Shown: positions 1-9,070 of the stretch, piece after piece
Position numbering within the stretch: position 1 is the first letter of the stretch
Layout: the number at the start of each line of letters is the position of its first letter
Source of the DNA: Candidatus Vogelbacteria bacterium
GTDB taxonomy: Bacteria > Patescibacteriota > Minisyncoccia > Phycocordibacterales > JACRKE01
Reading direction: 5' to 3'
Assembly (NCBI GenBank): GCA_016215335.1
Contig: JACRKE010000015.1
Coordinates: 1 to 41,070 of the forward strand
Length of the DNA stretch: 41,070 nt
The notes under the pieces: model-generated
The model's input: only the letters and a program-made list of their open reading frames with translations
What the model was told of the DNA's origin: nothing
Database searches by the model: none
Position numbers and translations under genes: made by a program

Positions 1-134
1 ATTTGTGTTAGTGTAAACCGATTCTCGTTTCTTTCGTGTGTTGTGTGTGATGTGACGATTCAAAAACTCAGACGGCTGAGAGATTTTAGTGATGGCCGCA
101 AAACCGACGGAAAATTAGTTTCGTAATTCACAGC
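1..134. repeat. Left arm of a perfect terminal inverted repeat (partner 40932-41065)
   Basis: Bases 1-134 are the exact reverse complement of 40932-41065, compared base by base. The repeat runs off the left window edge, so its true length is at least 134 bp. It contains the TG-rich tract gtgtgttgtgtgtgatgtg and the small hairpin ctcagacggctgag. Confidence 0.95.
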
Positions 135-310
135 ACGGAGGGTTAGACAAGGTGCTACTACTGAAGGTTAAACGGATGACTACCTCCAAACGTCATCCAC
201 CCACCAAAGAAGAAGTCCATCTCCTTAAAAAACAAAAAGGAAGGACGTCTTTTTTGTTTTTCTCCTGTCACCAATCTCAATATCTGGTGTTTTTTCAAAT
301 TAACACTATA

Positions 311-337
311 CTTACGATCGTATCTAAGTTGTTAATT
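311..337. promoter_or_regulatory. Operator-like site overlapping the putative promoter of the PaaX-like regulator gene
   Basis: cttacgatcgtatctaagttgttaatt shares the core TACGATCGTA-N3-AAGTTGTT-R-ATT with the right half of the 957-1004 palindrome. It abuts a TATAGT -10-like hexamer at 337-342. Confidence 0.4.
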
Positions 338-353
338 ATAGTACTAACGCCAT

Positions 354-911
354 TTGCTTATGTCTCGAGGACTCGGCTATACACAAAAGAAGGTATTGTT
401 ACTGCTTGCAGGCGGTCTTACGCTCGGACTCACTCGTTCACCGAAACAGTATTTTCGCCTCGTCGGAGGTATTGGCAAAGAGTGGGATGAGCTAACCAGT
501 CGGCAACTCCACGACGCCGTGTACGGACTCTACGAATCCGAATTACTGACCGAAATTGAGAATTCTGATGGCACCATTACGATGGCACTTTCGGAAAAAG
601 GAAAGAAAACAGTAGTTGCGTATGATCCGGAGCACATTCGAATACCCTGGCTGGATACATGGAAAGGCAAATGGTATGTGGTGCTTTTTGATATTCCAGA
701 AAAAAAACGTCAAGGTCGAGATGCTCTTCGAGAAACACTCACCGATATCGGATTTTATGAATATCAGAAGTCCGTCTTTGTGTATCCTCACGATTGTCGT
801 CGCGAGATTAAGTTTCTTATTGAGCATTATGAAATAGCGCGATTCGTTCGTCTTATGATTGCAGACAGTATGGATAATGAGTTTGCGCTCCGTAAACATT
901 TTAAGCTATAG
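354..911 (+). CDS. PaaX-like transcriptional regulator with a Cas2-like ferredoxin-fold C-terminal domain; probable ATG at 360
   Basis: 185-aa ORF. The segment WYVVLFDIPEKKRQGRDALRETLTDIGFYEYQKSVFVYP resembles the PaaX C-terminal / Cas2-like fold. The N-terminal part looks like a winged-helix domain. Confidence 0.6.
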   Translation: MLMSRGLGYTQKKVLLLLAGGLTLGLTRSPKQYFRLVGGIGKEWDELTSRQLHDAVYGLYESELLTEIENSDGTITMALSEKGKKTVVAYDPEHIRIPWLDTWKGKWYVVLFDIPEKKRQGRDALRETLTDIGFYEYQKSVFVYPHDCRREIKFLIEHYEIARFVRLMIADSMDNEFALRKHFKL

Positions 912-956
912 CGACTCCTGTGACTTTATATAGGACAACAGTATGCTCGTTGGCTT

Positions 957-1004
957 TTACAATCAACAACTTATCTACGATCGTAGATAAGTTGTTGATT
1001 GTAA
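957..1004. promoter_or_regulatory. 48-bp perfect palindrome between the regulator gene and proS (terminator and/or operator)
   Basis: ttacaatcaacaacttatctacga|tcgtagataagttgttgattgtaa is symmetric about 980/981. It is related to the site at 311-337. Confidence 0.6.
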
Positions 1005-1049
1005 GTTTGGTGATTTTCAGTTACAATTCATTTATATTGAAACCATTTT

Positions 1050-2297
1050 ATGTTGCAATCAAAATTGTTCACAAGGCCTCGCAAAGAGGCACCTAGGGAT
1101 GAGGTTTCAAAGAATGCCGCCTTGCTAGTACGAGCAGGTTTTATAGATAAACTACACGCCGGTGTCTATACCTACCTGCCGCTTGGTCTCATGGTGCTTA
1201 AAAAAGTGGAAAATATCATTCGGGAAGAGATGAACTCAGTGGGCGGACAGGAAATATACATGCCGTCACTTCAGCCAAAAGAGAATTGGGTCAAGACCGG
1301 TAGATGGGATACGCTTGACGTTCTCTATAAGGTCACAGATCAAAGCGGAAGAGAGATGGCGCTCGGGCCGACCCACGAAGAGATCGTTGCCCCGCTCGCA
1401 AAACTCTTCGTAACTTCCTACAAGGATTTGCCTTTTTCCTGTTACCAATTCCAAAATAAATTCAGAATGGAGCTAAGAGCCAAATCAGGCATCTTACGCA
1501 CTCGAGAATTCATAATGAAGGACATGTACTCCTTCCATAGAGATGAGAAAGATTTGAAAGAGTTTTACGAAAAAATGAAAGTTGTGTATGCGCGTGTCTT
1601 CGAGCGAATAGGTATTGGTTCACAGACACACCTCACTTATGCCTCTGGTGGTAGTTTCTCTCAATTTTCTCATGAATTTCAGACAGTCACGGTAGCCGGC
1701 GAGGATATCGTATACATTTGCGGTAAATGTGGCACAGCAGTAAACGATGAGATAATAGGTATTCAAACCACATGTCCAAATTGTGGTGAGAGCAAGCTTA
1801 AAAGCGAAAAATCTATAGAAGTCGGCAATATATTTGAACTCAAAACAAAATTCTCAGAGCCATTTGATCTTATATATACTGACGAAAATGGAGAAAAACA
1901 TCCTGTTCATATGGGTTGTTACGGCATAGGGCCAGCTCGCGCCATGGGTGCGGTCGTGGAAGTATATGGCAATGAAAATGGGATGATCTGGCCGGAAAGT
2001 ATTTCTCCATTTAGGATTCACCTGATTTCAATTCTTGGATCTGCTGATAGTGGCGCGGAAGTAAGAGCGGTAGCGGAAGACATTTACAGGGAGTTGGAAA
2101 AGAAAGGGATTTCTGTTCTTTATGACGACAGAGATCTTCGAGCGGGAGAGAAATTCGCAGATGCCGATCTTATTGGGATTCCCCACAGAATAATAGTTAG
2201 TGAAAAGTTGGTCAAAGCAAGTCAGTATGAATATAAAGACAGATCTGCAGATTTAGAGAAAAATGTTTCAAAGTCAGAATTGCTTGCATTGTTTTAA
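1050..2297 (+). CDS. proS: Prolyl-tRNA synthetase, short bacterial-type form lacking the INS editing domain
   Basis: 415 aa. Class II motif 2 FRMELRAKSGILRTREFIMKDMYSF and GPTHEEIV are present. A CxxC-X14-CxxC insert sits where INS normally lies. A C-terminal anticodon-binding domain is present. Confidence 0.9.
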   Translation: MLQSKLFTRPRKEAPRDEVSKNAALLVRAGFIDKLHAGVYTYLPLGLMVLKKVENIIREEMNSVGGQEIYMPSLQPKENWVKTGRWDTLDVLYKVTDQSGREMALGPTHEEIVAPLAKLFVTSYKDLPFSCYQFQNKFRMELRAKSGILRTREFIMKDMYSFHRDEKDLKEFYEKMKVVYARVFERIGIGSQTHLTYASGGSFSQFSHEFQTVTVAGEDIVYICGKCGTAVNDEIIGIQTTCPNCGESKLKSEKSIEVGNIFELKTKFSEPFDLIYTDENGEKHPVHMGCYGIGPARAMGAVVEVYGNENGMIWPESISPFRIHLISILGSADSGAEVRAVAEDIYRELEKKGISVLYDDRDLRAGEKFADADLIGIPHRIIVSEKLVKASQYEYKDRSADLEKNVSKSELLALF

Positions 2298-2311
2298 AAT
2301 AACATGTCCGA

Positions 2312-3376
2312 ATGGCTAAGAAAATTAGAAACAGAATAAGCAAGGCTTTTTCCAACGACATTGGAATAGACTTGGGTACTGCGAACAGCCTAGTAATGGT
2401 TGTCGGACATGGAATTATAATTAATGAACCATCTGTAGTCGCCTTAAATCAAAAGACCGGACGCGTAGTCGCCATTGGCAACGATGCGAGACAGATGATA
2501 GGCAGGACTCCGCAACATATTACAGCTATCCGACCGTTAGTAAACGGAGTTATTTCAGACTTCGAAGTTACTGAGGAAATGGTGCGGTACTTTATTCGAA
2601 AAACTCAGGAAATGTTTCCACGCAAGCTCATGCGTCCCAGAGTCGTAATAGGCGTGCCATCAAATATTACAAATGTTGAAAGGCGGGCCGTAAAAGATGC
2701 CGCCATAAATGCTGGTGCGCGAGAGGTTCATATCATTGAGGAGCCAATGGCAGCAGCTCTCGGTATTCGTCTTCCTGTGCATGAGCCGATAGGTAGCATG
2801 ATAGTGGACATTGGTGGTGGAACAACTGACATCGCGGTGATGTCGCTTGGCGGAGTTGTACGCTCTAGAAATCTTCATGTCGCAGGGGATCAGCTAAATC
2901 AGGATATCATTACCTATATCCGAGAGGAGTTTAAGATTCTCCTGGGTGAAAAGACAGCGGAAGATCTAAAGATCGCAATCGCATCAGCATTTGAATTGGA
3001 TGCTCCCATGGAAGCTGCAATTCGTGGGCGTGATCTGGTCACTGGTCTACCGAGAGAAGTTATAGTAACTGATTCAGATGTGAGAGAAGCAATAGCTACG
3101 TCGATCACCAGTCTGGTGGATGCCATAAAAGAAGTATTGGAACAGACACCGCCAGAACTCATATCAGACATTATGCATCGTGGTATTGTTCTTGCGGGAG
3201 GAGGCTCGCTTCTGCACGGCTTACAGAAGCGTCTACAAAATGATTTAAAAATTCCGATTTATGTTTCAGAGGATCCGCTCACCGCCGTTGTTCGAGGTGC
3301 CGGTATAGTTTTGGAAGACATAGAGTTTTATAAAGACCTACTTATTGATAGCGATAATGAGCTACCACCACAATAG
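2312..3376 (+). CDS. mreB: Rod-shape-determining actin homologue MreB
   Basis: 354 aa with IGIDLGTANSLV, DIGGGTTDIAV and LAGGGSLL actin-fold phosphate/adenosine motifs. Confidence 0.95.
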   Translation: MAKKIRNRISKAFSNDIGIDLGTANSLVMVVGHGIIINEPSVVALNQKTGRVVAIGNDARQMIGRTPQHITAIRPLVNGVISDFEVTEEMVRYFIRKTQEMFPRKLMRPRVVIGVPSNITNVERRAVKDAAINAGAREVHIIEEPMAAALGIRLPVHEPIGSMIVDIGGGTTDIAVMSLGGVVRSRNLHVAGDQLNQDIITYIREEFKILLGEKTAEDLKIAIASAFELDAPMEAAIRGRDLVTGLPREVIVTDSDVREAIATSITSLVDAIKEVLEQTPPELISDIMHRGIVLAGGGSLLHGLQKRLQNDLKIPIYVSEDPLTAVVRGAGIVLEDIEFYKDLLIDSDNELPPQ

Positions 3377-4190
3377 AACTTTAAGTACAAAAGTTATCGC
3401 GTTGATTGCAGTCCTGGTTTTAGTTTCCGCTTTATTCATGGGATTCAGATCAATTTTGAGCGGTGCTGTGACCTCAACCGCTAGGCCATTCTGGCTTGTA
3501 TATGATGCCGTGTCTGAATTTATATCCGTACCTTTTACTTTGTTTAAAACAAAGCTATCACTTGAGCGAGAAATAGAGTCTCTCAAACAACGAGTATTGA
3601 TTGCCGAGGATAGAGAAACTCTCGCAAGGTCAATACAAATTGAAAACATTGAGCTTAAGAAAATGGCGGGCAGAAATGATATTCAGAGGAACACCTTTAC
3701 TCCAGTCGTTACTCCTCCATTTGCCGCTTCTCGTAAACCAATGCTTGCCGTTGTGATTTCAAGGCCGGGGATATCGCTTTACGATACACTTGTTGTTGAC
3801 CGAGGAGAGAATCATGGAGTTAATTCCGGCGATGTTGTCTTGTCTGCCGGTGGTACACTGCTCGGACAAATAGACGCAGTATACGCAAATAGTTCACTCG
3901 TGGTACTCATGTCTTATCCTGGCAGAAAGATTCCGGTTCTTATAGGTATTAACAGATTATTTGCAACAGCTACCGGCGTTGGAGGGGGAGTATTTACTCT
4001 CTACCTACCTGAAAGCAGTAATGTGAAAGTGGGAGATAGTGTTGAGACGGTTCATAATGAGCCGTGGGTCATAGGTGAGGTAGGCAGAGTAGATATGTCG
4101 GAGAATGAAGCGATGAAGACTGTCCGCATTAAAAGTTCAGTTAATTTTCAGCAAATGAAATGGGTGGTAATTATTGAAGATAAATTATGA
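3345..4190 (+). CDS. mreC: Rod-shape protein MreC (start may be ATG 3357)
   Basis: It follows mreB. It has an N-terminal TM helix, a coiled-coil segment (LEREIESLKQRVLIAED) and a beta-rich C-terminal domain. Its TGA stop overlaps the next ATG (atga). Confidence 0.8.
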   Translation: MIAIMSYHHNRTLSTKVIALIAVLVLVSALFMGFRSILSGAVTSTARPFWLVYDAVSEFISVPFTLFKTKLSLEREIESLKQRVLIAEDRETLARSIQIENIELKKMAGRNDIQRNTFTPVVTPPFAASRKPMLAVVISRPGISLYDTLVVDRGENHGVNSGDVVLSAGGTLLGQIDAVYANSSLVVLMSYPGRKIPVLIGINRLFATATGVGGGVFTLYLPESSNVKVGDSVETVHNEPWVIGEVGRVDMSENEAMKTVRIKSSVNFQQMKWVVIIEDKL

Positions 4191-4477
4191 CTATAAGGAG
4201 CGAAGTAGTGAATAAGGAAAGAATCATCGTTGATATAATTATAGTTGTATCAATATTCGTTTTTCCCTGGTGGTTTGCCGCTCTGATTTCAGTTTTTGCG
4301 GCAATTTTCTTAAAAAACTTTCTGGATATTATAGTAATGGCCGTTGTATACGATCTTTTGTACGCTTCATCACTTGGAATATTTGGTGGTCTACAATTTC
4401 CAACTACCATTGCGGCTTCCATTGTCTACATTGCGCTTTCAGTCCTAAAAAAATATACTCTGATTGATGTCGAGTAG
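4187..4477 (+). CDS. Small three-TM membrane protein in the MreD position
   Basis: 96-aa hydrophobic ORF translationally coupled between mreC and the PBP2 gene. The assignment rests on position only. Confidence 0.5.
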   Translation: MTIRSEVVNKERIIVDIIIVVSIFVFPWWFAALISVFAAIFLKNFLDIIVMAVVYDLLYASSLGIFGGLQFPTTIAASIVYIALSVLKKYTLIDVE

Positions 4478-6131
4478 GAGAGTAAAAAACGGCGAGATTG
4501 ATCCGGATGATATTCTTTTGGATGCAAGAAATCTGCCTTCATTTGACCTGAATCAATTCGAGGGTCAGATAGAAAAACCAATCTCTAAGAGTTCTTCAAT
4601 ATCTCTAGGGATTTTTTGTATTTTCGTGATTTTGCTAATCCTCACCAGGACTGGATACTTGCAGATTTTAAAAGGCGACGAGTTTCGTGAAAGGAGCCAA
4701 AACAATTCTCTTCATTATATTTCTGAGTATGCTCCGCGTGGAAACATATACGATAGAAACGGCGTCAGACTGGCATGGAGCGATAATGGAAGAAAATACA
4801 TTTCACTAGAGGGTCTTGGTCATATTCTTGGCTACGTTGGTTATCCGAGAGAAAATGAATTGCTTACTGATAAGTATGAGCCAAAGGAAATGGTCGGAAT
4901 AGATGGAGTAGAGTACGCATACAATGAAATTCTTGAAGGAATAAAGGGCAAAAAATATATAGAAACAGATGCGCTCGGCAAGATATTGACCGAAGCAGTT
5001 CACATAACTCCAGAACAAGGTAAGGATTTGAATCTTTCAATAGACAGTCGTTTGCAAAATGAATTGTACAAAAGTATTAGCGTGATCGCTAACGAGAGAA
5101 ATTTCACGGGAGGTGCTGGAATATTAATGGACATTAACACCGGCGAAATAATAGCTCTGACCAGCTATCCGGAATACGAACCCAAAGAGCTTAGTCCGGG
5201 AAGTGAGCCGCGCTTGAAATTATCAGAATACTTCAACGATAAACGACTGCCATTTCTGAACAGGGCTGTCAATGGATTATATACCCCGGGCTCTGTTGTA
5301 AAGCCTATTATCGCCTTAGGTGCTCTTGAAGAAAAAATAATAAGCCCCACAAAGCGCCTGCTTAGCTCAGGCGAGTTGCGTTTGCCAAATCCTTATAATC
5401 CCGGTGAAGATTCTGTGTTTAAGGATTGGAAAGCGCACGGCTTGGTAGATATGCGTAATGCAATATCGGTATCTTCCGATGAGTATTTTTACATTGTTGG
5501 AGGTGGCTACAAAACACAATCCGGACTTGGCATAGCAAATATTGAAAAGTACAGTCGCATGTTTGGACTAGCAGAAAAAACAGGAATATCTCTAAAAAAT
5601 GAACCAGAAGGCACCATTCCTTCGCCCGAATGGAAAGCCAAACATTTTGATGGTGAGCCGTGGCGCATTGGGGACACATATCACACTGCTATCGGGCAAT
5701 ATGGTTATCAGATCACACCGCTTCAAATGGTTCGCGCCACTGCTGCAATTGCGAATTACGGAAAGCTTCTCTATCCGCAATTGGTTCATCCCTCATCTAC
5801 TGAACCCCAGATTGAAAGGAGTATTAATATTAGTTCGGATAAATTTAATATAGTGCATGATGGGATGAGGCTATCAGCCACTATTGGAACAGGTACTGGC
5901 TTGAATGCTTCATATGTTGAATTTGCCGTGAAAACTGGTACTGCCGAACTTGGGGTAAGTAAGGCTTATGTTAATTCTTGGGTGACCGGTTTTTTCCCTT
6001 ACAAAAAACCAAAGTACGCATTTGTTGTAGTGATGGAACATGGCAAACGGACCAATACAATAGGGGCCACAGCAGTAGCTAGGAGATTTTTTGATTCTAT
6101 AAACCAGATCGCGCCCGAGTACTTTGATTGA
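4464..6131 (+). CDS. mrdA: Penicillin-binding protein 2 (elongation transpeptidase)
   Basis: 555 aa with an N-terminal TM, SxxK (GSVVKP), an SSD motif and KTGTAE. It lies downstream of mreBCD. Confidence 0.85.
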   Translation: MMSSRRVKNGEIDPDDILLDARNLPSFDLNQFEGQIEKPISKSSSISLGIFCIFVILLILTRTGYLQILKGDEFRERSQNNSLHYISEYAPRGNIYDRNGVRLAWSDNGRKYISLEGLGHILGYVGYPRENELLTDKYEPKEMVGIDGVEYAYNEILEGIKGKKYIETDALGKILTEAVHITPEQGKDLNLSIDSRLQNELYKSISVIANERNFTGGAGILMDINTGEIIALTSYPEYEPKELSPGSEPRLKLSEYFNDKRLPFLNRAVNGLYTPGSVVKPIIALGALEEKIISPTKRLLSSGELRLPNPYNPGEDSVFKDWKAHGLVDMRNAISVSSDEYFYIVGGGYKTQSGLGIANIEKYSRMFGLAEKTGISLKNEPEGTIPSPEWKAKHFDGEPWRIGDTYHTAIGQYGYQITPLQMVRATAAIANYGKLLYPQLVHPSSTEPQIERSINISSDKFNIVHDGMRLSATIGTGTGLNASYVEFAVKTGTAELGVSKAYVNSWVTGFFPYKKPKYAFVVVMEHGKRTNTIGATAVARRFFDSINQIAPEYFD

Positions 6132-6227
6132 GAAAATTATTGAATGATATTTTCCGGTTAAGTCAAAAAGTTGTCCACGACAGAGGGGCTTTACTTAGAC
6201 TTAAAAAACGAGTATCATACTCGCACT

Positions 6228-6692
6228 ATGACACAACAACATGACTATTTAAGTGCTGAAAAGTACAAAGAACTTGAAAAGGAGCTGGAATACTTAAAGA
6301 CCGAGGGAAGACTTGATGTTGCCGGAAGACTAGAGTATGCCAAGTCTCTCGGAGATCTATCTGAAAATGCCGAGTATGGAGAAGCGAGGGAGGCTTTCAA
6401 TAATCTTGAGTTGAGAATTTCAGACATAGAAAATTTATTGAAGACAGCGACAATAGTAAAAGCGCACCACAGCGTAAGAGTTGAAATAGGTTCAAAAGTT
6501 CTAGTCGAGAGAGAAGGCGCGGAAGCAAAATGGTACTCGGTTGTTGGATCGAGAGACGCTGACGTTTTGAAAAATAAGATATCTAATGAGTCGCCAATGG
6601 GAGCCGCCATGCTCGGCAAAAAGAAAGGAGATAATTTTGTGGTTAAAACACCGCGCGGTTCAACTACATTTACGATCAAGGACCTCGAATAA
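6228..6692 (+). CDS. greA: Transcription elongation factor GreA (longest ORF starts at TTG 6171)
   Basis: LSAEKYKELEKELEYLK...GDLSENAEYGEAREA coiled-coil finger followed by a C-terminal FKBP-like domain. Confidence 0.9.
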   Translation: MTQQHDYLSAEKYKELEKELEYLKTEGRLDVAGRLEYAKSLGDLSENAEYGEAREAFNNLELRISDIENLLKTATIVKAHHSVRVEIGSKVLVEREGAEAKWYSVVGSRDADVLKNKISNESPMGAAMLGKKKGDNFVVKTPRGSTTFTIKDLE

Positions 6693-6707
6693 GACTCGTC
6701 TTTTTCG

Positions 6708-6737
6708 TTGCTTAAACTATCTGCCTAATGCTATAGT
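6708..6737 (+). promoter_or_regulatory. Sigma70-like promoter of lysS, leaderless geometry
   Basis: TTGCTT (6708-6713), 18 nt, TATAGT (6732-6737). The ATG at 6744 is only 6 nt downstream and there is no SD. Confidence 0.5.
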
Positions 6738-6743
6738 AATTTA

Positions 6744-8210
6744 ATGGCGTTTGAAGATTTGCGGGAAGATAGACTCACAAAATTGGAGCTTTTAAAGAAA
6801 GCGGGTGTTGATCCGTATCCGGCGGTTTCTAATCGCGATACAAGCGTCCACGATGCGCTTTCATATTTTGAGAATCTTACTTCTCATACAGCTATATATA
6901 CACTTGCTGGCAGGGTAATGTCCACAAGATTTCATGGCGGAGTTGCGTTTGCGGATATATTTGACGGATCAACTTCAGCCACAATTCAGATTGTCTTAAA
7001 AAAAGACGAAATTGGAGAAAATAATTTTAATCTCTTCGAATCGACTATTGACCGAGGTGATTTCGCTGAATTTGCAGGGCTACTTTTTATTACCAACAGG
7101 GGACAGAACTCTCTGGCAGCAAAGAATTGGAGAATGCTGACTAAGTCCATAAGACCGCTTCCCGACAGTTGGTCTGGGCTTGTTGATCAGGAAGAGAAAC
7201 TTAGAAAGAGGTACCTCGATATACTTATGAATCCGGAAGTCAGGGAGATGGTCTTGAAGCGGGCCAGGTTCTGGAATTCGATGCGGTCTTTTCTTGTCTC
7301 TAAGGATTTCATTGAAGTTGAGACGCCTATTTTCGAAACAACACCTGGAGGCGCTGACGCAGAACCATTTACGACGCATCACAATGCCATGAACATGGAT
7401 GTGTATCTTAGAATTTCACAAGGCGAGCTTTGGCAGAAGAGGCTTATGGTGGCGGGACTTCCAAAAACATTTGAAATCGGTCGTCAATTCAGAAATGAGG
7501 GCATGAGTGCTGAGCATGCTCAAGAGTATACTCAAATGGAATTTTACTGGGGCTACGCGGATTACAAAAAAGGCATGGAGCTCGTGAAAGAGATGGTTCG
7601 TTATATTGCTATGGAAACTTTTGGCACACTTAAGTTTAGAATGCGAGATTTTGATGTTGACCTAGGAGACGAATGGCAGACATACGACTATGCGGCGCTT
7701 ATAAAAGAAAAGACCGGAATTGATATAGATAATGCAGGACTTACGGAAATAGAATCGAAACTCCAAGAGCTTGGTGTTCGCTATGACAAGAAAGGCTTTA
7801 ATGTAACAAGAGCAATTGATAATCTCTGGAAATACTGCAGGAAATCAATTGGAGGCCCAGGGTTTCTCATAAATGTTCCGGTGACCATGGAACCATTGGC
7901 CAAAAGAGATGAAAAGGATCCTTCCAAGGTTCAGAGATTTCAATTCATAATCGCAGGTTCAGAAATGGGTAAGGGGTATAGTGAATTGAATGATCCCATA
8001 GATCAGGCTGAAAGATTTGGTGCACAGCAAGAGATGCGAGACACAGGAGACAAGGAAGCGCAGTTTGCCGATATGGATTTCGTTGAGGCTCTCGAATACG
8101 GCATGCCACCTACCTGTGGATTTGGAATTTCCGAAAGATTTTTCTCGTTCATGCTCGGTAAATCAATTCATGAAGGCCAAATTTTTCCCCTTATGAAGCC
8201 ACGGAATTAG
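6744..8210 (+). CDS. lysS: Lysyl-tRNA synthetase, class II
   Basis: 488 aa with an N-terminal OB fold. The class II core contains FRNEGMSAEHAQEYTQMEFY and GFGISERF. Confidence 0.93.
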   Translation: MAFEDLREDRLTKLELLKKAGVDPYPAVSNRDTSVHDALSYFENLTSHTAIYTLAGRVMSTRFHGGVAFADIFDGSTSATIQIVLKKDEIGENNFNLFESTIDRGDFAEFAGLLFITNRGQNSLAAKNWRMLTKSIRPLPDSWSGLVDQEEKLRKRYLDILMNPEVREMVLKRARFWNSMRSFLVSKDFIEVETPIFETTPGGADAEPFTTHHNAMNMDVYLRISQGELWQKRLMVAGLPKTFEIGRQFRNEGMSAEHAQEYTQMEFYWGYADYKKGMELVKEMVRYIAMETFGTLKFRMRDFDVDLGDEWQTYDYAALIKEKTGIDIDNAGLTEIESKLQELGVRYDKKGFNVTRAIDNLWKYCRKSIGGPGFLINVPVTMEPLAKRDEKDPSKVQRFQFIIAGSEMGKGYSELNDPIDQAERFGAQQEMRDTGDKEAQFADMDFVEALEYGMPPTCGFGISERFFSFMLGKSIHEGQIFPLMKPRN

Positions 8211-8244
8211 GTTTTAGATAGTGTGAAATGTAACGAAATAAATT

Positions 8245-8274
8245 AGCGGCCGCGGGGTAATCCCCGCGGCCGCT
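8245..8274 (-). terminator. GC-rich perfect hairpin terminating the GC-rich ORF 8292-8876
   Basis: agcggccgcgggg-taat-ccccgcggccgct, a 13-bp stem, followed on the minus strand by aatttatttcg. Confidence 0.7.
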
Positions 8275-8291
8275 TCAATACCTAGTAGTCG

Positions 8292-8876
8292 CTACCCGTT
8301 ACCGCAACCTTTCTCGGAGTTCTGTCGTCGCTTCCTTCTGATTGCAAGAGCGAGAGCTGCGCGGAGGTCATACTGCGAAGTGATGTTCAGGCAGTCGAGA
8401 ATTGTTCCCGGATCCGCGCGCAGACTATTCGCAATTTCCTGCGGCTTGACTGCAATTGCCGCCTTGAGTGCATTACGCTCCTCGACAAGTGCGTCAATAG
8501 TTAACATCATGTTCGCAAGATCGAGCTCCTTTGCAGATGCAAGTCTCACCTTGTCCATGAAAATTTCCATGGCGTCGAATAGCGAGCTCGGTTTATCCTC
8601 GCTTGAGACACTCGATTGATACTGGACTACTGCGGCTCGAAGCATCTCCATGATCTTTCCGACTGCCTCGATATTGCCTTCAGAAGGCGATCCTGAGGCC
8701 TTCTCGGCAATCATACGCGCCCCTTTCGTGAGTGTGGTCAGGAGCGCGAACTCTGCACTTCTGAGCTGTCTAATGGGTGGTGCGACCCTGCCGTTCTTGT
8801 TAGCCTCATTCACTTCAGGACCTCCTTGGTCATTAGAATCCCAGGTACTCGGTAGTTTTAACTTCTGCATGTACAA
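8292..8876 (-). CDS. GC-rich hypothetical helical protein (island 1); likely real start GTG 8813 behind AAGGAGG
   Basis: 194-aa ORF. Composition switches from AT-rich to GC-rich near 8830. AAGGAGG (8821-8827) lies 7 nt before the GTG at 8811-8813. The C-terminus is RRKRRQNSEKGCGNG*. I recognise no family. Confidence 0.6.
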   Translation of the reverse strand: MYMQKLKLPSTWDSNDQGGPEVNEANKNGRVAPPIRQLRSAEFALLTTLTKGARMIAEKASGSPSEGNIEAVGKIMEMLRAAVVQYQSSVSSEDKPSSLFDAMEIFMDKVRLASAKELDLANMMLTIDALVEERNALKAAIAVKPQEIANSLRADPGTILDCLNITSQYDLRAALALAIRRKRRQNSEKGCGNG

Positions 8877-9070
8877 TACAATATTTGCACTAAAAATGCA
8901 AGTTTTAGTTTTAGAGCCCGCATTCCCATTTTGAACTAACGGAGTCCATGCCTTTTCGGAAACTTGGGAGGGCGAAGGCTCGAGCGCGAGGGATTTTTTA
9001 GCAAAAAAAATCCGTATTCAGGAAAAAGCATGGGCGTAGCTAACTTATCCACTTTGCACCTTTCCTTAAG

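Noticed and set aside
36-55. TG-rich tract gtgtgttgtgtgtgatgtg as a microsatellite or Z-DNA element of independent interest
   Set aside because: It is short and imperfect, and is simply part of the terminal inverted repeat. There is no evidence of a separate function.
152-490. 112-aa ORF at the left end overlapping the start of the PaaX-like gene
   Set aside because: The translation is low-complexity and hydrophobic/basic with no motif. It spans an A/T hairpin and the promoter region, and overlaps a better-supported gene. It is most likely spurious.
354-911. Cas2-like fold as a hint of a CRISPR-Cas locus
   Set aside because: There is no repeat-spacer array and no other cas gene anywhere in the window. 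The architecture fits a PaaX-type regulator instead.
8245-8274. GC hairpins (also 21971-22000) as integron attC sites marking gene cassettes
   Set aside because: They are short perfect palindromes without the imperfect R''/L''-L'/R' structure or GTTRRRY core sites. No integron integrase is present, and the cassettes are scattered rather than arrayed.
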